The translations under genes were made by a program, and so were the position numbers. 64,000 bases of DNA, taken from contig OW818697.1 of NCBI GenBank assembly GCA_942493365.1, forward strand, positions 1,634,634-1,698,633. Reading direction: 5' to 3'. This document shows positions 19,124-28,722 of the stretch, piece after piece. A model generated the notes under the pieces. It was not told the DNA's origin and made no database searches. It was given only the letters and a program-made list of their open reading frames with translations. The number at the start of each line of letters is the position of its first letter. Position 1 is the stretch's first letter. This DNA comes from an uncultured Clostridiaceae bacterium (lineage in GTDB: Bacteria; Bacillota; Clostridia; Saccharofermentanales; UBA5734).

Positions 19124-20926
19124 TCACTTTTTGATGACGGCCTTGAATTTGCAGGTCTGCTCACAGGCCCCGCAGCGAATGCATTGGCTGGCATCGATGA
19201 CAAACGGTTCTTTGCCCAGGACGCCGCTGATGCAATCCACTGGGCATCGTTTGGCGCAAAGTCCGCATTTGCGGCAGTTTTCCGGGATAATCATGTAGGT
19301 CAGAAGCGCTTTACAGACGCCGCAGCTGCATTTGTGCTCGATAACATGCTCATCGTACTCGTGGCGGAAATGCTTGAGGGTCGAGAGCACCGGATTGGGC
19401 GCCGTTTGGCCGAGCGCGCAGAGCGAGCCTTCTTTGATGGCCGTGGCCAGGCGCTCAAGTTCGCTGACATCTTCGGGCACACCGTTGCCGGACGTGATCT
19501 TCTGCAGGATTTCCAGCATGCGGTGGGTGCCAATGCGGCAGGGCGCGCATTTGCCGCAGGACTCGTCGACGGTGAATTCGAGAAAGAACTTGGCAATGTC
19601 AACCATGCAGGTGGTTTCATCCATGACGATCATGCCGCCCGAGCCCATCATCGAGCCGGCCGCGATCAGGTTGTCGTAGTCAATCGGCACATCCAAGAGC
19701 GACGCTGGCAGGCAGCCGCCGGACGGACCGCCGGTCTGAACCGCTTTGTAGGCTTTGCCGTTGGGAATGCCGCCGCCGATGTCAAATACAATTTCGCGCA
19801 CGGTTGTGCCCATCGGGATCTCGACCAGGCCAACATTATTGACCTTGCCGCCCAGCGCGAATACCTTGGTGCCTTTGCTTTTTTCGGTGCCCAGGCTGGC
19901 AAACCACTCGGCCCCTTTCTGGAAGATGACCGGGATGTTGGCGAAGGTCTCGACGTTGTTGAGAATGGTCGGTTTGTCAAAAAGACCCTTGACCGCCGGG
20001 AAGGGCGGCCGCGGGGTCGGGTTGCCGCGCTTGCCCTCGATGGAACGCATCAGGGCGGTTTCTTCGCCGCAGACAAAGGCGCCGGCGCCAAGTCGAATTT
20101 CGATGTCAAAACAAAAATCGCTGGCAAAAATATTTTTGCCCAGCATACCGAAATCACGCGCCTGATTGATGGCCAGTTGCAAGCGTTTGACGGCAATCGG
20201 GTATTCGGCGCGCACATAGGCATAGCCTTGGCTGGCGCCTATGGCATAGCCGGCGATGGCCATCGCTTCGACGATGCTGTGCGGATCACCCTCGAGGACA
20301 GCGCGATCCATAAAGGCACCAGGGTCACCTTCATCGGCGTTGCAGCAGACATATTTCTGGTCACTGACCTGCTTGGCGGCAAATTCCCATTTCAGGCCGG
20401 TCGGAAAACCACCGCCGCCACGACCACGCAGGCCGGACATTTTAACAACATTGACAATTTCACTGGGGGGTATCTTTTCGGTCAATATTTTACCGAGGGA
20501 AAGATACCCATCCTGCGCAATGTATTCTTCAATCGATTCGGGGTTGATGATGCCGCAATTGCGGAGGGCAATGCGTAGCTGCTTTTTGAAAAAGTCTGAC
20601 TCATTGACATTTTTAGCCTGATCGAGCGGAATGCTGGTGGCGACGGTCATCAGGCGCTTGACGGGACGGCCTTTGAGCAGATGTTCGCCGACTATTTCCC
20701 GGGCATCGTCTGGCTTGACTTGATAATAGATGACGCCTTCAGGATAGACCACCATGATCGGGCCTTCGGCACAGAGACCGAAACAGCCGGTCTTGACAAC
20801 CTTGACCTCATTGGCAAGTCCTTGAGCGGTCAATTCCTGCTCTAATAATTCAATGATTTTGAGTGATTGACTGGATGTACAGCCGGTGCCGCAACAAACG
20901 AGGACATGGGATCGATAAAAGTCCAT
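19124..20926 (-). CDS. hydB: NuoF-like NADH-binding FMN/Fe-S subunit of the hydrogenase (HydB)
   Basis: GRGGGGFPTGLKW, a YVCCNADEGDPGAF-like motif, ESCGKCAPCR and C-terminal 2x[4Fe-4S]. The start is trimmed to ATG 20926, 4 nt after the hydC stop. Confidence 0.9.
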   Translation of the reverse strand: MDFYRSHVLVCCGTGCTSSQSLKIIELLEQELTAQGLANEVKVVKTGCFGLCAEGPIMVVYPEGVIYYQVKPDDAREIVGEHLLKGRPVKRLMTVATSIPLDQAKNVNESDFFKKQLRIALRNCGIINPESIEEYIAQDGYLSLGKILTEKIPPSEIVNVVKMSGLRGRGGGGFPTGLKWEFAAKQVSDQKYVCCNADEGDPGAFMDRAVLEGDPHSIVEAMAIAGYAIGASQGYAYVRAEYPIAVKRLQLAINQARDFGMLGKNIFASDFCFDIEIRLGAGAFVCGEETALMRSIEGKRGNPTPRPPFPAVKGLFDKPTILNNVETFANIPVIFQKGAEWFASLGTEKSKGTKVFALGGKVNNVGLVEIPMGTTVREIVFDIGGGIPNGKAYKAVQTGGPSGGCLPASLLDVPIDYDNLIAAGSMMGSGGMIVMDETTCMVDIAKFFLEFTVDESCGKCAPCRIGTHRMLEILQKITSGNGVPEDVSELERLATAIKEGSLCALGQTAPNPVLSTLKHFRHEYDEHVIEHKCSCGVCKALLTYMIIPENCRKCGLCAKRCPVDCISGVLGKEPFVIDASQCIRCGACEQTCKFKAVIKK

Positions 20927-20930
20927 ACGG

Positions 20931-21422
20931 TCATGCCTCCTTGTATTTTTCCAGGATCGCTGGGATTTCATCGGCAGTCAGGCGGCCGTAGACATCCTCA
21001 TTGATCATCATGACCGGTGCGAGTCCGCAAGCCCCGATACAGCGGCAGGCATTGATGGAAAATTTCATATCCGGGGTGCATTCACCGGGCTTGATGCCTA
21101 AAATATCTTGCACTTTATCCAGAATCGCTTGGGCGCCTTTGACATAACAGGCGGTTCCCATGCAGACGCTGACCACGTTCTCGCCTTTGGGATTGATCGA
21201 AAAGAATGAATAAAATGATACAACTCCATAGACTTCAGCGACGGAAACACCGAGACCGAAGGCAACTTCACGCTGAACTTCCAAAGGCAGGTACCCATAA
21301 ACGCCCTGTGCTTCCTGAAGAACCTGCATCATGGCTTTACGGCCTTCCTTGCCGTGACGTTCGATGACCAGCTTGAGCTGATCCATCTTTTCGTCATGAG
21401 TCAATTGATTCATAGTTTGCAT
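20931..21422 (-). CDS. hydC: NuoE-like 2Fe-2S subunit of the hydrogenase (HydC)
   Basis: Thioredoxin-like 2Fe-2S pattern VCMGTACYVKG...CRCIGACGLAP. The start is set to ATG 21422, after GGGAGGTGA. Confidence 0.85.
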   Translation of the reverse strand: MQTMNQLTHDEKMDQLKLVIERHGKEGRKAMMQVLQEAQGVYGYLPLEVQREVAFGLGVSVAEVYGVVSFYSFFSINPKGENVVSVCMGTACYVKGAQAILDKVQDILGIKPGECTPDMKFSINACRCIGACGLAPVMMINEDVYGRLTADEIPAILEKYKEA

Positions 21423-21567
21423 GGTTTGACTCACCTCCCAATTGTATACAATATCACGATTTGTTAACAACATCAACATCTTCGTTAAATGTTTATCAAT
21501 AAATCATAAATGGTTTTTTCTCTGATTACTAGTATAATACTGAAATAGATGATTTTGGAGGCTGATT

Positions 21568-22483
21568 ATGCATTTGACCTACCAGGTGACACCCGATGAT
21601 GAAGGCCAACGAGCTGTTGACGTTCTGATTCGCCGAACCGGCATGTCACGACTGATGAGCAAAAAAATCCGCCTGTATGGTCAATTAAGTTTAAACGGGC
21701 AAGCTCATCGCATGGTGGATCCCGTCAAGTCCGGGGACGTTTTGGTGGCGATCTATAACGCCTCGCCGGGGCAGCCTGACCTGCGCGAAGTTCCGAATGT
21801 CGTGGTGCGATTTATCGATGACTGGCTGCTGGTGGTCAGCAAGCCGGCGGGGATGGTCACGCACCCGACCTTTCTTCATGAAAAGGGCTCTCTGACCAGC
21901 CTCTCTGGCCGATTATCCCCTACATCCGGTCAGTCGTCTGGATCGAGACACATCAGGGTTGGTGCTGATCGCCAGAAATGGCCATGCTCATCACGTGATA
22001 GCCAGCAAGGCGATGCAGAAGATCTATGTTGGTTTGATCCACGGTCGCTTCGCGGAAAAACAAGGTGTTATCGACGCGCCGATCCGGCGTTCGGCCAACA
22101 GCATCATGTTGCGTGAAATTCATCCAGAGGGTGCACAAGCCCAGACGCGCTGGTGTGAATTGCGCTATTTCGAGCATTTGGATGTATCGATGGTCAAATT
22201 CGAACTGCTGACTGGCCGCACCCACCAGATCCGCGTGCATTGTCAAGCAGTCGGTTTGCCGCTGATCGGCGACGGTCTCTATGGTTGGCTGGCAGACCCG
22301 GAAAAGTCATGTGCGCCGGGTCTCGATCTTGATCAGACGATGGGCCGACAGGCTCTGCACGCGGCCAGTTTAAGTTTCACCCACCCGGTCTCGGGACAGA
22401 AAATTAAATTGACAGCACCCCTGCCGACGGACTTTCGTCAATTGCTGCAAATACTCTATCAGGGGCAGTCTCTGAACGTCTGA
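21568..22483 (+). pseudogene. RluA-family pseudouridine synthase interrupted by a +1 frameshift near 21896-21910
   Basis: Frame 1 encodes the S4-like N-terminus up to ...WLLVVSKPAGMVTHPTFLHEKGSLTSL. The catalytic HPVSRLDRDTSGLVLIARNG and the rest (to 22483) continue in frame 2, where a TGA at 21893-21895 closes the frame upstream. Confidence 0.75.
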
Positions 22484-24176
22484 ACTGATCAGCTTGCCCT
22501 AAAAGCTGCGCGGCCAGCTCGCGGGCCGTCGTGTCCCCTACCCCGCCCGAAAGCAAGCGGGCCAGCTCGCTTTCACGACCGCTGCGATCCAGCAGATGCA
22601 GGCTGGTCCGGGTTTTCCCGTCCGCAGCCGCTTTTTCGATCAGCAGATGCTGATCGGCCATGGCGGCAATTTGCGCCAAATGCGTGATGCATAAAACCTG
22701 ACGTCCCCGCGCCAACTGCTGCAGCTTCGCGGCGACCCGACCGGCGGTTCGACCGCTGACGCCAGTATCAATTTCATCAAAAATCAAAACAGGAATCTGA
22801 TCGGCCAGCGAAAGAATCGACTTGACCGCCAGCATAATCCGCGAGGCTTCACCGCCCGACGCGATTCTGACCAACGGTTTGAGCGGTTCGCCGGGATTGG
22901 CGGAAATCAAGAATTCGATTTTATCCAAACCGGTTTTGGCAAATTGATCGTGCGTGGCGTCAGCCGGTTCAATACTGACGGCAAATCGCACATCTTTCAT
23001 GCCCAGATCGACCAATTCGCGGGTGATGTGCACCTCCAGCTCCTTGGCAGCCTGACGACGACGCTCGGACAATTGCCCGCCCAGGTCAATCAGCTGTTGG
23101 CGGATCAGCAGTTTCTCTTTTTGCAGTTTTTCAAATTGCTCATCGCCATCGGCCATTTGTTCCAACTGCTCGGTGGCTTGGGCAAAAAAGGCCTGCACCG
23201 CCTCCAGCGTCCCGCCGTATTTCTTTTTCAGGCGGTACAGCAGGTCCAGCCTTTCATCCAGACGTTCAAGCTCGCTGGGATCACACTCGACCGCTTCCAA
23301 GGCGGTTCGCAGATCGCCGGCGACGTTTTGCAGGGAATACAGCGCTTCTTTCAACTGTTCACCGGTTTCGTTCAACTCCGGCAGCAGCGCGGTCGACGGT
23401 TCCACCCGACTGACAATCTGGGCAAGATTGCTCAGCACCGTACTCGATGAATCACCGTTAAGCAGTTCACAGGCTTCCGACAAAGCCAGGCTGATTTTTT
23501 CGGCGTTGGCCACCAGCTTGCGGCGCTGGGCAAGTTTTTCGTCTTCGTCGGGCTTAATCCGCGCCGCGGCAATTTCCTCCGTCTGATAACGCAGCATATC
23601 GGTCATCCGGGCGCGCTCGGCCGGGTCCTGGCCCAGCGCGGCCAGTTGACGCAGGATGATCTGGAAGTCAGCGAGCACTGCCTGATAGGCCAGGGCGGCC
23701 TTGGTGACCGGCTCAGCGCCATATCGATCGAGCAATTGTAAATGGGTGTCGGTTTTAAAGATTGCTTGCTGGTCGTGCTGACCGTGAATGTCAATCAGGC
23801 AGGCTGAAAGATCGCGCAACACATTCAGCGGCACCAATCGACCGTTGACGCGGCAGACGGATTTGCCGGATGATTGAATTTCGCGGGAAAGTATCAATTC
23901 GGAAAGGTCATCATCCTCAGAAAACCCCAGGCTTTGACGAGTCTCAAGGGGCAAAAACGGCGCGGGGTCCAAAAAAACCGCTTCAACCGTTGCCCGGTCC
24001 TGACCGTGACGGATCATGTCGCGGCCGACGCGTCCACCGCCCAGCGCATCGATCGCGTCAATCAGAATCGATTTGCCCGCGCCCGTTTCACCGGTCATAA
24101 TCAGCAAGCCGGCTTCAGGCGTTAGAACAGCGTTTTCAATCAGCGCAAAATCATGGATTTCGATCCTTGACAGCAT
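22404..24176 (-). CDS. recN: DNA repair protein RecN
   Basis: N-terminal Walker A (MTGETGAGKSI), a long coiled coil, and C-terminal SGGE...LIFDEIDTGVSG. The 3' ~80 nt overlap the convergent synthase gene. Confidence 0.9.
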   Translation of the reverse strand: MLSRIEIHDFALIENAVLTPEAGLLIMTGETGAGKSILIDAIDALGGGRVGRDMIRHGQDRATVEAVFLDPAPFLPLETRQSLGFSEDDDLSELILSREIQSSGKSVCRVNGRLVPLNVLRDLSACLIDIHGQHDQQAIFKTDTHLQLLDRYGAEPVTKAALAYQAVLADFQIILRQLAALGQDPAERARMTDMLRYQTEEIAAARIKPDEDEKLAQRRKLVANAEKISLALSEACELLNGDSSSTVLSNLAQIVSRVEPSTALLPELNETGEQLKEALYSLQNVAGDLRTALEAVECDPSELERLDERLDLLYRLKKKYGGTLEAVQAFFAQATEQLEQMADGDEQFEKLQKEKLLIRQQLIDLGGQLSERRRQAAKELEVHITRELVDLGMKDVRFAVSIEPADATHDQFAKTGLDKIEFLISANPGEPLKPLVRIASGGEASRIMLAVKSILSLADQIPVLIFDEIDTGVSGRTAGRVAAKLQQLARGRQVLCITHLAQIAAMADQHLLIEKAAADGKTRTSLHLLDRSGRESELARLLSGGVGDTTARELAAQLLGQADQFRRSETAPDRVFAAIDESPSAGVLSI

Positions 24177-24181
24177 GGTGC

Positions 24182-24673
24182 TTACTCCCTGATATGACTT
24201 TTTCTGGATGAACCTTGCAGGACAACGTCATTGAGGCTGCTGCACAGCGTTATCGCCTGCTCAATCGATCTGGCAGCCACAAAGACCGTATCATCGCCGG
24301 CAATACTGCCTGCGACCTCCGCCAGTCGCATGGAGTCCAAGGCTGAAGCACAAGCCTGGGCCATCCCCGGCAAACTTTTGATGATGACCAGGTTGACGGC
24401 AAGATCAATACCCACCACGGCTTCGGCAAAAACCTTCATCAGGCGGCCCGACGCAACCTCGCCGCTGCGCTCCATGGGCACGTATTTTTGCTGTCCGCTG
24501 CCGGTCATCACTTTGATAATGCCCAGTTCCTTGATGTCACGGGAAATAGTCGCCTGGGTCACCTCGAGGCCATTGCTGTTCAGTCCCGCAACCAGGTCCT
24601 CTTGTGTGGCGATGTCCTTTTCGCGAATCAGCTGTAAAAGTCGTGACTGGCGTTCACTTTTTGAGGTTTTCAT
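24182..24673 (-). CDS. argR: arginine repressor
   Basis: R..L..LI......TQEDL...L...G..VTQATISRDIKEL wHTH and a C-terminal GTIAGDDT-like motif (GSIAGDDTVFV). Confidence 0.9.
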   Translation of the reverse strand: MKTSKSERQSRLLQLIREKDIATQEDLVAGLNSNGLEVTQATISRDIKELGIIKVMTGSGQQKYVPMERSGEVASGRLMKVFAEAVVGIDLAVNLVIIKSLPGMAQACASALDSMRLAEVAGSIAGDDTVFVAARSIEQAITLCSSLNDVVLQGSSRKSHIRE

Positions 24674-25530
24674 CGGGCTTTCCCCCTGGCCTGAATTTTT
24701 TTCGGCAATGCCGCATAGAAATTGTCGTTGCCCAGCCGGATCATTTTCAGCGATCGGGGTGAACGTTCAATGATGACGCTGCTGCCGCTGTTGAGAAATA
24801 TTTCCTGTCGACCGTCGATGGCCAGCAGCGCCTGTCCCTGGTAATCGTCGATTTTCACGATAACCCGGCTGCTTTCGGTCGCGATATAACTGCGATTGTG
24901 CAGCGTATGCGGGCAAATCGGGGTGATGAGCATCAGGGATAACTCCGGGTGAATAATCGGCCCGCCGGCCGATAATGAGTAAGCTGTCGAGCCGGTCGGG
25001 GTGGAGATGATTAACCCATCACCAGGAATGTGATCAATCGTTTCCTGATTGATGGTCAATTCAAGGGTCAGGATCCTGGAAACACCGCCGCGTGAGATAA
25101 CCGCGTCGTTCAGCGCATGGCCTTCTTCAAGCAATTGGTTGTTTTCATCAAAACAGGATACAGCGAGCATCATGCGATTTTCCAGATGATAATGGCCGCT
25201 CACAATCTGACAAATGGCCTCATCCAACTGCTCGGGCATAATTTCGGGCAAGAAGCCAACGCTGCCCAGATTGACGCCGATCAGCGGGATTTCTTCGCAG
25301 CCGATGATATGAACCAAGGAAAGAAAGGTGCCGTCGCCGCCCAGACCGAGAATCAGGTCACAAGTGCAAAATTCTGCCTGTTCGATCCCTTTTTCGGTGA
25401 TCAATGCACTTTCCGAACTGCCTGGCGCGGTGACGCAAACAGCGCCATGCCGACGGATCAGTTTGGCAGCATGACGCGCGATGCGAAAGTCTGGATCTTT
25501 ATCAGGGTTGGAGTAGATTCCTATACGCAT
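24670..25530 (-). CDS. nadK: NAD kinase
   Basis: GGDGTFL and the NRMMLAV...DGLIISTPTGSTAYSLSAGGPI motifs. The start is trimmed to ATG 25530, after AGGAGAA. Confidence 0.9.
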   Translation of the reverse strand: MRIGIYSNPDKDPDFRIARHAAKLIRRHGAVCVTAPGSSESALITEKGIEQAEFCTCDLILGLGGDGTFLSLVHIIGCEEIPLIGVNLGSVGFLPEIMPEQLDEAICQIVSGHYHLENRMMLAVSCFDENNQLLEEGHALNDAVISRGGVSRILTLELTINQETIDHIPGDGLIISTPTGSTAYSLSAGGPIIHPELSLMLITPICPHTLHNRSYIATESSRVIVKIDDYQGQALLAIDGRQEIFLNSGSSVIIERSPRSLKMIRLGNDNFYAALPKKIQARGKAR

Positions 25531-25636
25531 GGATTCTCCTCTTCTTCGGATCATGACCTTGTATTCGATTATAACCCATGCTGATTTGATCTGCATCTGG
25601 ATAAACCAGAAAAAAACACCATTTATGCAAATTATT

Positions 25637-27541
25637 TTATTTTTTGGCGGCAAGGTCCAGCAAAGCAGCCGCCTGAGCAGCTATGTCTGCCGGTTTGAGG
25701 CCTTGAGCAGCCAGCAGTTCATCACGGCGACCCTGGCAAAGCGGCGCGTCGCAGATGCCAGAAACAGCGAAGCGCGCCTTCGGTAAGGCCGTCAGCAGTT
25801 TGGGCAGCACGTATTGGCCGAAGCCGCCGGTTTGCAGGCCTTCTTCAATCAGGATCACATGGCCGGTTTTGCGAACTGATGTGAACAGCGTCGCAAAATC
25901 AAAGGGTTTTACACACTGGATCACCAGGACATCGGCTTCGATCCCCTGGCCAGCTAGAATCTTCGCGGCTGACAGCGCCGGTCCAGCCATGGTGCCAAGG
26001 GCCGCCAACGTGATATGGCTGCCCTGTCGCAAATGGTCGATGCGCAAAATCGCTGCCACATCGTTCTCTTGATCCGCAAGCGGCTCGGGTATTGCTTCCG
26101 GCCAATCGTTGCCGCGCGGATAACGAATGGCGACCGGAAGTCCGGCGTCGACGGCGTATTCCAAAGTGCGTTGTAAAGATTTGCAGTCTTGCGGGCAAAA
26201 TATTTCCAGATTGGGCAGCGGCAAAAGCAGCCCGAGGTCATAGATACCCTGATGGGTTTCGCCATCTTCGCCGACAATGCCGGCACGATCAATCGCCACG
26301 ATGACCGGTAGTTTTTGCAGACAGACATCATGTAGCAATTGGTCATAGGCCCGCTGCAAGAAGGTTGAATACAAGGCGACCACCGGAATCATCCCACCGA
26401 CAGCCAGACCTGCCGCCATGGTCATGGCGTGCTGCTCAGCGATGCCGACATCGAAAAAGCGTGCCGGGTAATTTTCGGCAAACTCGGCCAGGCCTGTGCT
26501 AAAGGTCATGGCCGCCGAAATCGCGCAAATCCGTGGGTTCTGGCTGGCCAATTGCAGCATTTTTTCGCCAAAGGCTGCTGAAAACGAGCATGAGCTGCCC
26601 GTTTGCTCGGTCACGCCATCTTCCACAACAAAGGGCGCCACGCCGTGGTAAAGCGACGGGGATTCTTCGGCAAAGCGGTATCCCCTGCCCTTTTGCGTCA
26701 TGACATGGAGCAGGATCGGACCTTTGATCTGCTGGATGGTGCGCAGATAATTTCTGAGCACAACGAGGTTGTGTCCATTGATCGGTCCATAATATCGAAA
26801 TCCGAGCTGTTCAAAAATGATGCCGTTCTTGTGCACCGTCTGCCGAAGTGATCGCTTGATTCGCTGCAGCAGTCGATAGATCGGCTTGCCCAGCCAGGGG
26901 GTTTTGAGCAGTTGGGCGTCGACCCAGGATTTGATATGGATGTAGCGCGGCGAGACGCGCAGGTTTTCCAGATGGCGCGACAGGCCGCCGACATTGGGGC
27001 TGATCGACATTTGGTTGTCGTTGAGGATGACAATCAGGTTTTCCTGCGAATGGCCGGCGTCGTTGAGGGCTTCAAAGGCCATGCCGCCCGTGAGGGCCCC
27101 ATCGCCGATCACCGCAATGGCTTTGCCGGCATGGTTGCTGCGGCTCATCGCGCGGCTGATGCCCAGGGCTGCCGATATGGAGGTGCTGCTGTGTCCGGTG
27201 TTGAAAAAATCGTAGATGCTTTCACTTTGTTTGGGAAAACCGGACAGGCCGCCCAGCTGTCGCAGCGTCGCGAAGCTCTCCAGCCGGCCGGTGAGAATTT
27301 TCCAGGCATAACTCTGATGACCGACATCAAAGACAACGCGATCACGATGAAAATCAAATTCGAGCAGCAAAGCCAGGGTCAATTCGACAACGCCAAGATT
27401 CGAAGCCAAATGGCCGCCGTTTTTGGCAACCGTCTGGATGATCAGATCGCGTACTTCGCTAGACAGCTGTTCCAATTGGTTCCGGTTGAGCTGATGCAGT
27501 TGGTCGGGTAAATCGAGATTTCCCAGTAGGGTATCTGACAT
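25637..27541 (-). CDS. dxs: 1-deoxy-D-xylulose-5-phosphate synthase
   Basis: GGHLASNLG, the TPP motif GDGALTGGMAFEALN, and EQHAMTMAAGLA. The start is trimmed to ATG 27541. Confidence 0.95.
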   Translation of the reverse strand: MSDTLLGNLDLPDQLHQLNRNQLEQLSSEVRDLIIQTVAKNGGHLASNLGVVELTLALLLEFDFHRDRVVFDVGHQSYAWKILTGRLESFATLRQLGGLSGFPKQSESIYDFFNTGHSSTSISAALGISRAMSRSNHAGKAIAVIGDGALTGGMAFEALNDAGHSQENLIVILNDNQMSISPNVGGLSRHLENLRVSPRYIHIKSWVDAQLLKTPWLGKPIYRLLQRIKRSLRQTVHKNGIIFEQLGFRYYGPINGHNLVVLRNYLRTIQQIKGPILLHVMTQKGRGYRFAEESPSLYHGVAPFVVEDGVTEQTGSSCSFSAAFGEKMLQLASQNPRICAISAAMTFSTGLAEFAENYPARFFDVGIAEQHAMTMAAGLAVGGMIPVVALYSTFLQRAYDQLLHDVCLQKLPVIVAIDRAGIVGEDGETHQGIYDLGLLLPLPNLEIFCPQDCKSLQRTLEYAVDAGLPVAIRYPRGNDWPEAIPEPLADQENDVAAILRIDHLRQGSHITLAALGTMAGPALSAAKILAGQGIEADVLVIQCVKPFDFATLFTSVRKTGHVILIEEGLQTGGFGQYVLPKLLTALPKARFAVSGICDAPLCQGRRDELLAAQGLKPADIAAQAAALLDLAAKK

Positions 27542-27566
27542 GATTGAATCCTTTCGATGGTGTTGC

Positions 27567-28463
27567 TTAATGGGTTCTGAGTCGTACATAGGCCGTCAAT
27601 CCCTCAAGAAAGTGCGTTTTCAAACCGGCCAGGTGCATGGCATGCAGCGTAGACGCCGCCAGACTGATCGAATCGTCGAGATGAACTTTTGCTGAGCTGG
27701 TGCCCAGCAGGCTGACGTAAGTCGGTTTTTTGTCCCGCGCGTCTTTGCCGACGGTTTTACCCAGCGTGCCGGCGTCGGAGGTGGTATCCAGAATATCGTC
27801 CTGAATCTGAAACGCCAGGCCCAAGGCAACGGCATATTCCGTCAGCAGCTCGGTCATCTCCTGATCAACCCCCGCCAGCGCGGCTGCGGCCAGAACTGGG
27901 GCTTTGAGCAAAGCACCGGTCTTTAATTGATGCAAAATGCGCAGTTCAGGCAAGGTGATGGTTTGTCCGGCCGCTGCCAGATCCAGCGACTGGCCGCCGA
28001 TCATGCCGCGACTGCCGGCCGCCGAAGCAATGCGGCGCGCGGCTTCAACAGAACCGGGGATTTCCGGTCGAATGGCGTCGAGCAAAATTTCATAAGCCCG
28101 GTTCAGCAGGGCGTCGCCGGCCAGAACAGCCAGTGCTTCGCTGTAAACCTTGTGGCAGGTCGGTCGTCCACGCCGCAGATCATCATCATCCATGCAGGGC
28201 AGATCGTCATGGATCAGCGAATAGGTGTGAATCATTTCCAGGGCCACGGCAAAGGGCAAAGCGACGGATCGATTGACCCCCAGCATTTCAGCTGTCGCCA
28301 AAAGAAGGACCGGCCGGATCCGTTTACCGCCGCCGAGCAAGCTGTAGCGGGCTGCTTCTACAACCTTGCCGTCGGCCAGTTCGGCTTGCTCGGGTAAATA
28401 GTCGGGCAACGCCGCATCGACTGCAGCCTGAAAGGCATCGTATTGCTGCTTGAAAAAAGACAT
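27567..28463 (-). CDS. ispA: (2E,6E)-farnesyl diphosphate synthase / polyprenyl synthetase
   Basis: First and second Asp-rich motifs LIHDDLPCMDDDDLRRG and FQIQDDILD. Confidence 0.85.
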   Translation of the reverse strand: MSFFKQQYDAFQAAVDAALPDYLPEQAELADGKVVEAARYSLLGGGKRIRPVLLLATAEMLGVNRSVALPFAVALEMIHTYSLIHDDLPCMDDDDLRRGRPTCHKVYSEALAVLAGDALLNRAYEILLDAIRPEIPGSVEAARRIASAAGSRGMIGGQSLDLAAAGQTITLPELRILHQLKTGALLKAPVLAAAALAGVDQEMTELLTEYAVALGLAFQIQDDILDTTSDAGTLGKTVGKDARDKKPTYVSLLGTSSAKVHLDDSISLAASTLHAMHLAGLKTHFLEGLTAYVRLRTH

Positions 28464-28720
28464 CAGGATTCCTCCCCGAAAGGTTTCTCCTCGATGGATC
28501 CGTCTTGTTTTTCAATCAGTTGGGTGATCTGTTTCTCGATCTCCGCCAGTTTACCGGCACAGATTTCAGACAGGGTCATGCCTTTGCGGAAAAGGGTCAT
28601 CGATTCGTCCAGACTGATGTCTCCCGATTCCAGCCGCGCGACCGTCTGCTCAAGCATTTTGACGGCCTCCTCGTAAGACAGTCCCGTTAATTCCACAGGG
28701 TCAGGTGTTGCATCATTCAT
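28463..28720 (-). CDS. xseB: exodeoxyribonuclease VII small subunit
   Basis: SYEEAVKMLEQTVARLESGDISLDESMTLFRKGMTL is the canonical XseB helix-hairpin. It lies downstream of xseA. Confidence 0.85.
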   Translation of the reverse strand: MNDATPDPVELTGLSYEEAVKMLEQTVARLESGDISLDESMTLFRKGMTLSEICAGKLAEIEKQITQLIEKQDGSIEEKPFGEES

Positions 28721-28722
28721 AG

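Noticed and set aside
15532-20578. Long plus-strand ORFs antisense to rny, hydA and hydB (e.g. 15532-16521, 17316-18131, 19097-20578). Similar shadow ORFs lie opposite most large genes (7463-8416, 39237-41376, 42290-44332, 47585-49048).
   Set aside because: Their translations are low-complexity and rich in Arg, Ala, Gly and Asp, with no family motifs. Each lies opposite a gene with unmistakable conserved motifs. This is typical of stop-codon-poor antisense frames in G+C-rich DNA.
22404-22483. An 80-nt convergent overlap between the recN 3' end and the broken pseudouridine synthase gene, with a ~25-aa RecN C-terminal extension.
   Set aside because: It is probably just a late stop codon in recN. 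The extension has no recognisable motif, and I see no evidence of functional significance.
25531-25636. A terminator or regulatory element between dxs and nadK (the GGTGTTTTTTTCTGG region).
   Set aside because: There is no stable inverted repeat preceding the T-run. Only a weak TATAAT-like box is present, so it is too ambiguous to annotate.
4858-27589. Longer N-terminal extensions offered by the ORF track for recO (to 5718), HD protein (9277), hydB (20971), hydC (21479), nadK (25653), dxs (27589), yqeG (33645), aspartate kinase (33633), the cyclase (35982), the MTase (54672) and abi (60707).
   Set aside because: The extensions overlap the upstream gene or promoter, lack similarity to the family N-termini, and a downstream ATG with a proper Shine-Dalgarno matches the conserved protein start in each case.
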